DNA from: an uncultured Gammaproteobacteria bacterium
GTDB lineage: Bacteria; Patescibacteriota; Patescibacteriia; S139-126
NCBI GenBank assembly: GCA_964620905.1
Contig: CAZUKA010000001.1
Location: 455,646-519,645, forward strand
DNA: 64,000 nt
Direction: 5' to 3'
Below are positions 29,403-37,200 of the stretch, piece by piece. Every line of letters begins with the position of its first letter. Positions within the stretch are counted from its first letter, which is position 1. A model generated the notes under the pieces. That model was not told the DNA's origin. It was given only the letters and a program-made list of their open reading frames with translations, and did not search any database. The position numbers and the translations under genes were made by a program.

Positions 29403-30533
29403 TTAATCATGATTAACCCGCTTGCGTAAAAAGCTCAACAAAACAATTATCACTAAATATACCCCCAATGCCCAAAGATAATAATAAGAAATATTTTTTC
29501 CACTTTCAATAATATTTCGACTAGGATTATAACCCAACCATGACAAAATTTTACCACCTGTAGTTGGTAATTCATCATAACCCTGATCAGGAGTTTCAAA
29601 TCCTAAAATAGCGGGGACTTCTTCATCAGGCAATTCTGGAGTTTCAAATCCCCTTACCTGCACGATAGTAAAAGGAAAATCATCTTCTGCAAAATAACCA
29701 TTATCTTGTCGTCCATTGACACTTACTTCAACGTGATTGATAAATTCACCGACTACCCCAACCGGCACATTCATGTCATAAGCGATAATCCTCACTTCAT
29801 TGGGCTGCAGGCTGCCCAAATTCCAAACCTGCGTAGATAAGCCATTATTTACAAAAGTAAACCCAGTTGGCAAAGTATCAGTCACCACTACATTTTCTGC
29901 CACTGCACTACCGGTATTACTGATGGTGAGTAAATAATAACCCGTCAGACCTGGCACTACTGAACTGTCACCTGACTTTTGAATATTTATAATTGGTTGC
30001 GGTGTAGAACCACTACCGCCTCCGCCACCGCCAGATCCCCCACCACCTCCAGATGAACCACCAACAAAACCAACCAGCAAATCAAAATAAGTAGAAAGTT
30101 TTTGATAATCATTGCCAATCACCGAAGGAAAACGAACTGTAAAATCATATCGTTCAGTGCTCCCACCTGCTTGACTGGAAAGCACTACTTCGCCATCTGC
30201 AAAAAAACCAGCCAATGAATTTTGGTATAAAAGCGTAGCTCCTTGTCTTACTTCAAACTGCAAAACATCTGCCAAACAAAACGGGTCAGCACTACAATCA
30301 TAAGTATTTAAAGCTTGCACTCCAACTGTTTGCATACTACCTGTAAAATTGGTCACTTTGACCCAGCGCGTGGTGGCATCGCCAGGTTTAGTGTCAAGAT
30401 CCAAAAACAAAGGTGAACTTTGAAATTCAACATTTATATTTTGCGCCTTTATATCTTTGGCACCAAACAAAAAAGACATTACCAAAAACAGACTGACAAA
30501 AAATATATTTCTAATTGTATTTTTGTATTTCAT
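29403..30533 (-). CDS. LPxTG (LPTTG) cell-wall-anchored protein with TasA-like N-domain, Gly linker and DUF11-like domain
   Basis: Signal peptide (..DIKA); LDTKPGD..WVKVTN motif like the TasA KPGD motif; GGSSGGGG linker; YLLTISNTG..NVVVTDTLPTGF..WNLGSL; LPTTG + TM + RKR. ATG at 30533 avoids overlap. Confidence 0.8.
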   Translation of the reverse strand: MKYKNTIRNIFFVSLFLVMSFLFGAKDIKAQNINVEFQSSPLFLDLDTKPGDATTRWVKVTNFTGSMQTVGVQALNTYDCSADPFCLADVLQFEVRQGATLLYQNSLAGFFADGEVVLSSQAGGSTERYDFTVRFPSVIGNDYQKLSTYFDLLVGFVGGSSGGGGGSGGGGGGSGSTPQPIINIQKSGDSSVVPGLTGYYLLTISNTGSAVAENVVVTDTLPTGFTFVNNGLSTQVWNLGSLQPNEVRIIAYDMNVPVGVVGEFINHVEVSVNGRQDNGYFAEDDFPFTIVQVRGFETPELPDEEVPAILGFETPDQGYDELPTTGGKILSWLGYNPSRNIIESGKNISYYYLWALGVYLVIIVLLSFLRKRVNHD

Positions 30534-30537
30534 AATA

Positions 30538-31752
30538 TTAATCATCACAATGTCCAGGACCAATTAGACCATTATTATAATCATCCAACAGTTCAGCCAA
30601 AGTATTAAACTGTTGTTTAACTGGATTATTTCCCGCCAGAGCCCCGATATCAGCTGGGGTATATTGTCCAAATAAATCAGCCGCGCTAGTAATTGCTGTT
30701 TGCACTTCAGTTGGTACACTAGCTCCATTTAATTGATTTAAAACCGCCGCAATATACTGGTGAGCTAAGCTAAAATATGAATTTCCTCCAGCTGGCGGGG
30801 TATTGATTACATCATAATATGTCAGTTCACTTAAATAAAATATAGTATCTTCACCAAGCAAAGTCCAAGTGTCATCATGCGGCGCTGGACCATACTTTGA
30901 ATGTGTTTTCCAATAACCTTGAGTCAAAGTGCAACTTTCGCCTTCTTCTTGCCATTCTCCTGAATTGATAGTAAGTTGTACAATCGTTTGATCTGTATAT
31001 CCGCCACTTTGAGAATCATTTATTTCTTCTTGCCAACCTTGGAAAGCCATATTAAACTGACAAGTTTGAGTTTGCAAAGTTTCATCATTGGTAGTCATAA
31101 TCGCTGACAAATCATAATCCCCACTACCACCAGCCAGCAAACTATTGTCAGACCAAGTCGCATTATCCTGAATCGGACCGTCATAAAGCAAAGTTGCACC
31201 CCGATATATTTTTAAATTCAATGCTGGACACAAAACACCAGTGGTGTTTTGCAGGGTGGTATTATATTTTATTTTCAACTGACCGTTGTTAGCAACCACC
31301 ACATTTGCTGTCGCTGTTTGTGTATCAGATACTGTAGGTGCAAAATCTACCCGATTGGCATCAATATAAAGTGTAGCCATGAGCCAATAGTTATCCGGTG
31401 AAATTTCTTCATCAGAAAAAAATGATGCTGTCAGACCAATTTGTGAAATCATAAACATAACTACCAACATAGCCAAACCCAACACAGTCATTTTTTTCTG
31501 CCCTATATAATACGCTTGATAAAGCCGTCCGTAACAGTTGGCTATAAAAATTTTTGGTTTTCTAGTTTTTTTCCGCCAATATAAATTAAAATAACCCAAC
31601 TGACTTTGTATCTGTTTGATAGTTTTTTTCCGCTGACGTTTATACCACCGACTAAAAACTTTAAACTGACGAATATAAAAACGACTAAACAACCGCTGAC
31701 AGCGAATAATTTTTTTCTTATACTGGTTTATTTTTTTATACCAATATTTCAT
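30538..31752 (-). CDS. TasA/CalY-like protein with SipW-type signal and C-terminal TQGYWKTH domain
   Basis: Hydrophobic stretch then GLTASFFSDEE..N..ATL (SipW-cognate pattern); VVVANNGQL, LLYDGP, LQTQTCQFNMAFQGWQ; ATGA overlap with sipW. Confidence 0.75.
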   Translation of the reverse strand: MKYWYKKINQYKKKIIRCQRLFSRFYIRQFKVFSRWYKRQRKKTIKQIQSQLGYFNLYWRKKTRKPKIFIANCYGRLYQAYYIGQKKMTVLGLAMLVVMFMISQIGLTASFFSDEEISPDNYWLMATLYIDANRVDFAPTVSDTQTATANVVVANNGQLKIKYNTTLQNTTGVLCPALNLKIYRGATLLYDGPIQDNATWSDNSLLAGGSGDYDLSAIMTTNDETLQTQTCQFNMAFQGWQEEINDSQSGGYTDQTIVQLTINSGEWQEEGESCTLTQGYWKTHSKYGPAPHDDTWTLLGEDTIFYLSELTYYDVINTPPAGGNSYFSLAHQYIAAVLNQLNGASVPTEVQTAITSAADLFGQYTPADIGALAGNNPVKQQFNTLAELLDDYNNGLIGPGHCDD

Positions 31753-32300
31753 TCTTTATCTTTAGCTTGATTTTTTTTGTGTTTTAATTCTCGCCAAATA
31801 TTCATAACCTCATCATAGATTATAAACAGCGCCGGTAGTACTATAATGATAAAAAATCCCAAGGGCTGTTTGGCTGCCGCTACCGCGTAACCAACATAAG
31901 GAATATCAAATAAAACTTTACCCAATATCCGGCTACTAAAAACCGCTTCTCCATCCGGAGCATTGTTGGCATCACCTTTAGTGGTGTAACTTGGGCGATT
32001 ATTTACAATTTCCTTTTCCACAATCCGGTGCGTAGTTGGTATGTTCTCGCCGCGATTAGCAAAAGTAATTATATCTCCCTCCTGATAAGTATCAGCTTTC
32101 CTAATCACCACCACCGCGCCAGTATGAATCGTGGGTTCCATAGAACCAGACTGCACCACATAGACTTGAAAATTACCTGGAATAGGAAAACGTGTTCCTA
32201 CCAACAGTAAAGCGACGCCCAAAATAGCTCCGATCACTACATAATATATAATTTTGAAAAATACTTCAGTTGTTTTTTTTGTTTTTTGCTTTTCGTTCAT
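31749..32300 (-). CDS. sipW: Signal peptidase I, SipW/ER-type (S26B)
   Basis: VVQSGSMEPTI (Ser), GDIITF, TTHRIV (His), TKGDANNAPD, IPYVGY, plus C-terminal TM. Confidence 0.92.
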   Translation of the reverse strand: MNEKQKTKKTTEVFFKIIYYVVIGAILGVALLLVGTRFPIPGNFQVYVVQSGSMEPTIHTGAVVVIRKADTYQEGDIITFANRGENIPTTHRIVEKEIVNNRPSYTTKGDANNAPDGEAVFSSRILGKVLFDIPYVGYAVAAAKQPLGFFIIIVLPALFIIYDEVMNIWRELKHKKNQAKDKE

Positions 32301-32313
32301 AAACAGTCAATAA

Positions 32314-33696
32314 TTATTCACCTGCAAACAAACTCTGACAAGTAAACTGGTTGTTATTACGCACTTGGGTAGCATAGAAAATCACATCAGTCACCAAAGA
32401 ATCTGTCTGGGTGATATTGTTCATACTAATCGGATCACAAACAAAATCTCCTGTTTGATTATCAACTGTCAAAGTGCCAGCACACCAGGTAAAACCGATA
32501 TATTCGGTGGAAGTGGCAGTCAAAATATAATCATTTTGACTGTCAGCATAAGCCAGTCCGTTGCCATTGATAAATATGTTTTCATAAGTATTTGGGCCGG
32601 CTAAAGTTTGTTCATTTAACGGATTATACAAACCATCACCATCATCCCGCCAAGCAAACACATTTAGATATTGTGATAGCTCACCGTCGCCCAAACCTAG
32701 ATCATTACAAGTATTATCAACAACTGATTCTGGTTCAGTGCAACCATTTTCAAAATCTTTATCATTTTCTGTGTACATACAGGTATAAGCATCATTGTCA
32801 TAAACATGCATACTAATCACGTGCTTGCCCATATCCCCGGGTTTTACATCTTCAAACTGAAAAAATTTCTGGGTAGTAAGATCTGCTTCACTCCATAGTT
32901 CACATACACTGCCGTTTATTTCATAAGTACAATTTATCGGGTGCACACTGACATTGTCCAAAAACACACCTAAAGAATTATTTGTTCCTCCGCCTTCAAA
33001 TTCTATCTTAGTTGAGGCGTTACTGGCGGTAAATTCCTTGGTATATTCAGTCCAAACAATACTACCTCCTCCACCTACCGGACCAATAGTTTCCACTAGA
33101 TTACCGTCAATATTGACATACATAATATTCTCACCATCGCCGGTATTTGGCCGCGGCGCGAAATAATAATGCAGTTTATACTTTTGACCCGGAGTAGTTG
33201 GAATAAATTGATGAATCTTAACCAAAGCCGGTTCACCATTTAATGGATTGTCAGGACCAAACCAGTCTGAATCAAGTTCAGCATATTGATCACCGTCTTG
33301 GGCACTGCCCAATACGCCTTCATGATATTCTACAAGTGAGGGATCTGGCCGGTTTTGACCATTGTAGGTTGTTTCCGAACCAGCCCATTCTACTGTCCAT
33401 TCCAATCCTGTAGTGCCATTGGGGAAAATCTGCCACTGGGCATTGTGGGTCACTTCTGGCACTTCAAAACTACCATTTAATATCAAATTGTTAGTAGTGT
33501 CTTCTACACAATCCTCTTCACATTCCTCCCCGTTATAAACAATTGATTTGTGATCTATTTTCAAATCAATCGCACCGGCAGTAAAGGTATTGCCAGTGGA
33601 GGTTTCGGTGTCGCTGAAAAAGGCAGTGGTACCGCCGATGACAACCGCCGCACTAATGGCAATTGCCAACATACTAAATAAAATCTTTTTGCGCAT
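32314..33696 (-). CDS. TasA/CalY-like protein with inserted DUF642-like beta-sandwich domain
   Basis: MRKKILFS..GGTTAFFSDTETSTGNTFTAGAIDL SipW-type signal; DVKPGD; GELSQYL; QTDSL..DVIFYATQVRNN. Confidence 0.85.
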   Translation of the reverse strand: MRKKILFSMLAIAISAAVVIGGTTAFFSDTETSTGNTFTAGAIDLKIDHKSIVYNGEECEEDCVEDTTNNLILNGSFEVPEVTHNAQWQIFPNGTTGLEWTVEWAGSETTYNGQNRPDPSLVEYHEGVLGSAQDGDQYAELDSDWFGPDNPLNGEPALVKIHQFIPTTPGQKYKLHYYFAPRPNTGDGENIMYVNIDGNLVETIGPVGGGGSIVWTEYTKEFTASNASTKIEFEGGGTNNSLGVFLDNVSVHPINCTYEINGSVCELWSEADLTTQKFFQFEDVKPGDMGKHVISMHVYDNDAYTCMYTENDKDFENGCTEPESVVDNTCNDLGLGDGELSQYLNVFAWRDDGDGLYNPLNEQTLAGPNTYENIFINGNGLAYADSQNDYILTATSTEYIGFTWCAGTLTVDNQTGDFVCDPISMNNITQTDSLVTDVIFYATQVRNNNQFTCQSLFAGE

Positions 33697-33780
33697 AGTT
33701 TTAGGTTTAATATTTATAATTAAATTTATGTGAGTAATTTATTACGTAATAAATTACTTATTTAATTTTTAAAATTTATC

Positions 33781-33915
33781 CAAATCTACCAACTTATATT
33801 CAAAAATCACCAACTCAAACCTGTGCCCCCAAACCAAATAAGTAAATTATTTTACTCATTTGGCATAGGGGCAAAGCCCTTATGCCCAATCTTATGAGAT
33901 AACTCACTAGATTTG
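33781..33915 (-). other. Long intergenic RNA helix between the two tasA-like genes
   Basis: Outer CAAATCTA/TAGATTTG; inner TGCCCC..CCAAATGAGTAAA-ATAA-TTTACTTATTTGG..GGGGCA. Confidence 0.6.
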
Positions 33916-33951
33916 TTTTATACTTAATTTAAGTATTTTAAAGTAATTTAA

Positions 33952-35313
33952 TTAGTCACGTACCTGAACTTGAAAAGCAGGGCGTGAACCAGCGGTAGTA
34001 GCAGGTGTCCAATTAAACTCAACCATACCAGTTAATATAAAACCACCTGAAAGATCTTCCGAAGAAATAACTAAATATTTTGCATCAGTATTGTCAGTAT
34101 CAATTAAAACGTCCGGATTAAGCGCGTTTCCGTCTAACTTCAAATTAGTTAATTCAACGCTATCTCCAGCACCTGACGATACCTTACCTGCAATAATATT
34201 AAGATCAGCAGTATTAGTTACTGGTCCTACTACATAACTTGCAGTATTTCCATTAACAGTAAAGCTGGCAGTATTTCCATCATAATTTACTGTAAATGGA
34301 ACTGGTGTTCCGGAAGTCATGACATTATTTGTATGATTCATTGTTCCAGAATTTTGTGTATTTGTACCTACACCTACCTCCCAATCACCAGTCATAGTAT
34401 TACTACCGAAACGACCTTCTGATTGCCATTTTAATACTCCGGGACCATTCCATCCATCAAAAGGACCTTCAGCATTAATAACAACCTCATTCAAACTATC
34501 ACAAGTAAATCCAGCATTGTTTCTGGATTGAACTGCATAGAATGAAACATCAGCTTTAATACCATCAGTTTGAGAAACATTGGTTACTGGCTGACCATTA
34601 CAGGTAAACCCTGTACCACGTCCACTCAATGGACCATTCTCACCTGTCTTACCAAATGTATCTTGTGGAACAGCATCAAATCCCAACTCACCATAACACC
34701 AGTACTTGGCAATATAATAAGTTTGTGCGCCGGTTAATGGGGCGATATTTTGCGCAAGCCATACATTTTTTTCTGAATCAGATAAAGTCCAATACTTACC
34801 ATCAAATAAATCCTTAGCCAAACCTTCCTTAAATATAACTTCACCTTCTTCATAAACATTATCACCATCATCAGCCCAGAAAGCAAAATACAATTCATTT
34901 TGTAATTCACCTTCATTTTCACCAGCTGTTAAATCTTCCTTAGCTTCTGGCTCTGTTTGACCATTTTCTAGAGTGGCAGTTAAATTAATATTCATACAAG
35001 CCCAAGCATCATTATTATTGACATGAAGTGAGATTGTATCTTCACCACGATCGCCAGGTTTTAAATCAAGGAAATTGAAAAAAAGCTGATTAGTCAAATC
35101 GCTTAATCCCCAAGAAGTTCCATTGTTATAAACCAGTACACCATCTTCATTGGTGACATAGCTCTCATTGTCAATGGTCAAATCAATCGCACCGGCAGTA
35201 AAGGTGTTGCCAGTGGATGTTTCGGTGTCGCTGAAGAAAGCAGTAGTACCACCGATAATGACGGCAGCGGCTGCAGCGATTGCCACCAAACTAAATAAAA
35301 TTTTCTTTTTCAT
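33952..35313 (-). CDS. TasA/CalY-like protein (first in operon) with C-terminal accessory beta domain
   Basis: MKKKILFS..GGTTAFFSDTETSTGNTFTAGAIDL; DLKPGD; GELQNEL; QTDGI.ADVSFYAVQSRNN; then an unrelated ~175-aa domain. Confidence 0.85.
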   Translation of the reverse strand: MKKKILFSLVAIAAAAAVIIGGTTAFFSDTETSTGNTFTAGAIDLTIDNESYVTNEDGVLVYNNGTSWGLSDLTNQLFFNFLDLKPGDRGEDTISLHVNNNDAWACMNINLTATLENGQTEPEAKEDLTAGENEGELQNELYFAFWADDGDNVYEEGEVIFKEGLAKDLFDGKYWTLSDSEKNVWLAQNIAPLTGAQTYYIAKYWCYGELGFDAVPQDTFGKTGENGPLSGRGTGFTCNGQPVTNVSQTDGIKADVSFYAVQSRNNAGFTCDSLNEVVINAEGPFDGWNGPGVLKWQSEGRFGSNTMTGDWEVGVGTNTQNSGTMNHTNNVMTSGTPVPFTVNYDGNTASFTVNGNTASYVVGPVTNTADLNIIAGKVSSGAGDSVELTNLKLDGNALNPDVLIDTDNTDAKYLVISSEDLSGGFILTGMVEFNWTPATTAGSRPAFQVQVRD

Positions 35314-35343
35314 AATTATGTATTACTTAATAATTAGAAATTG

Positions 35344-35706
35344 AAACATATACGCCTGCCAAATAATTATTTTTTTCGACCTTTTTCTCCTCCAATATTT
35401 TAAACAGGCAACTTATGTTTTAATTTATAAATTTACTTACTCTTTGAGTAAGAAAAGAAAAGCAAATGTTCCATTTCTGAAAACATTTACTCTTCTCCCC
35501 TTGCTCAAAAAATTTTTAAACAAAAAAACCCACGCGCCAACGTGAGAATTAGGACTTACTTAAAAACAACTGATTGTTCCAGCAAGCGACTTGGTTCAAT
35601 TTTAAGTGAAACTTTATGCTCATAGGGCAGGATTTATTAATTAATCCCCTCCTTCCCTAGTCTTTTTAACTTGTTATATCTTACGCAAGTATCAATATGC
35701 TGTCAA
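35344..35706 (-). promoter_or_regulatory. Promoter and ~360-nt structured 5' leader of the tasA-like operon, with internal terminator
   Basis: TTGACA(35706-35701)-17-TAAGAT(35683-35678); terminator CTCACG-TTGGCG-CGTGGG-T7 (35546-35522); ~29-bp G-U-rich helix 35443-35509; helix 35344-35420. Confidence 0.65.
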
Positions 35707-36019
35707 ATACAAATTATGTGTTCAGGTTCTTGTATTTTTTTACCTAATTTTAAACAAAAAAATCATTTTAATTTATATTTAAATTTTTGCTAAATTCTTT
35801 CCAAAAATAAAACTGTAAAAAATTTGTTAAAAAAGCATATTTTCTGCACTTTATCCACAAATCAGAATATTTTACTAATATTAGGGAAGATATTAATAAT
35901 GAAACGGCCGTTTACTTTGGGAACAGTTAAAAGTTTATCCTGCTAAATAAGCGGGGCAGGAATGACAAAGATTTAAGAAGTAAGATTTAAGAATAAATAA
36001 ATAGTTAATTATTATTTAA

Positions 36020-36184
36020 TCGGCCATTTACTTTGTGAAGTGAAAAATTGCCAATAAGCGAGCGGAATTTGCCTCTCAACTAGCGAAGCGATTTTGAGAG
36101 GCACGCGAGCGGTTGGCAATTTTGCCTGAACCAAAGTACTGGCCGTAGTTTTTTGCTACTTTTTTGCTAACAAAAAAGTAGAAA
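36020..36184. repeat. ~165-bp structured dispersed repeat, copy 2
   Basis: Same orientation and core as 29165-29328, with compensatory stem changes. Confidence 0.85.
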
Positions 36185-36205
36185 GAATAAATACTCTTTA
36201 TTTCT

Positions 36206-36257
36206 ACCTGCCTGCTCCTCGAGTCTGAGCCTCGGAGTCGAAGACCGGCAGGCAGGT
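36206..36257. repeat. CCTGCCTGC/GCAGGCAGG palindrome interrupted by a ~30-bp insert
   Basis: ACCTGCCTGC-[TCCTCGAGTCTGAGCCTCGGAGTCGAAGA]-CCGGCAGGCAGGT; compare the intact copy at 28396. Confidence 0.7.
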
Positions 36258-36280
36258 AAAATTTATAATTTAAAATTAAA

Positions 36281-36310
36281 AAAACTTCCGCTGAGTCAAC
36301 GGAAGTTTTT
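36281..36310 (-). terminator. Intrinsic terminator
   Basis: AAAACTTCCG-CTGAGTCAA-CGGAAGTTTT. Confidence 0.75.
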
Positions 36311-36340
36311 CACTATATCCTTAATCCTAACTCCTATATC

Positions 36341-37060
36341 CTAATTGAACAACCTAACTAGCCACCCCAGCAAACTAATCTTTCCTGCCTGTTCTCTTTG
36401 TGCAATAAAATTATCAATCTTAGTTTGTTCTGCAGTCAAAGTATCAATCTGCTCTTGCAGTTCTGTTTTATCAACTTCATCTACCACGTCTGCCAGCAAA
36501 CGATTCAACTGTTCCAATCTATTTCTGGTCTGCACCATTTCACTGCGCAGAGCGCCTAGATTTTTGTAATCAGATCCAAACAAAAATGTTTTGATTTTAC
36601 TTCTGGTTTGTACTTGCTCCATGGCTTGTACTACTTTGTCAGTTGAAGAACTTTGCGCTCTGGCTACTTCTCTCACCTGCTCACCAATACCACCCGGCTC
36701 TCTATCAGCTACACCAAGTAATCCTTGAACAAAATTAGCAACTGCACTGCGATGCTCCAAAGCATTCACTGATGCTCGATTGCGATTCTTGACCGGTGGT
36801 GTAGTGGTTGGTGTGGTAGTTGCTGTACTGGTAGCGGTGGAGGTAGCTGTAGAAGTACCGGTGGAAGTTGATAATAGAGTGTTTGGTTGAGTATCATCCA
36901 CACTACCATCACCCCGCTGTTTCAATCCTGGTGCTTGGGCAGATGCACCATTTACTGGTTGGTTGTCATCTTCCCCTTTTCTAGCTTCGGCCGTTCCAGC
37001 CAGCAAAACGACTGCCAATACAAACAAACCTAAAACAATAAAAAACTTATTTTTTGTCAT
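36341..37060 (-). CDS. Secreted protein with Thr-rich linker and helical C-domain (CPR-type hypothetical)
   Basis: Signal peptide (..TAEA); STSTGTSTATSTAT; HRSAVANFVQ..GIGEQVR..KTFLFGSDYKNLG..SLLGWL. Confidence 0.75.
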   Translation of the reverse strand: MTKNKFFIVLGLFVLAVVLLAGTAEARKGEDDNQPVNGASAQAPGLKQRGDGSVDDTQPNTLLSTSTGTSTATSTATSTATTTPTTTPPVKNRNRASVNALEHRSAVANFVQGLLGVADREPGGIGEQVREVARAQSSSTDKVVQAMEQVQTRSKIKTFLFGSDYKNLGALRSEMVQTRNRLEQLNRLLADVVDEVDKTELQEQIDTLTAEQTKIDNFIAQREQAGKISLLGWLVRLFN

Positions 37061-37200
37061 AAATTTTCACTTAATAATCAGTAAATCCATTATACCACTC
37101 ATGAATATTTGGAAAACAACCAAAACCCCACTCTACCAAAAAGTAAAGCGGGGTTTTATATGAAAATTTATAAATTAATAATTGATTTAAAATTAATAAT

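Noticed and set aside
35520-35680. Known c-di-GMP or c-di-AMP riboswitch
   Set aside because: The conserved aptamer motifs were not recognisable by eye; kept only as an unknown leader.
28240-36260. CRISPR array
   Set aside because: The repeats are dispersed palindromes without regular spacers, and there are no cas genes.
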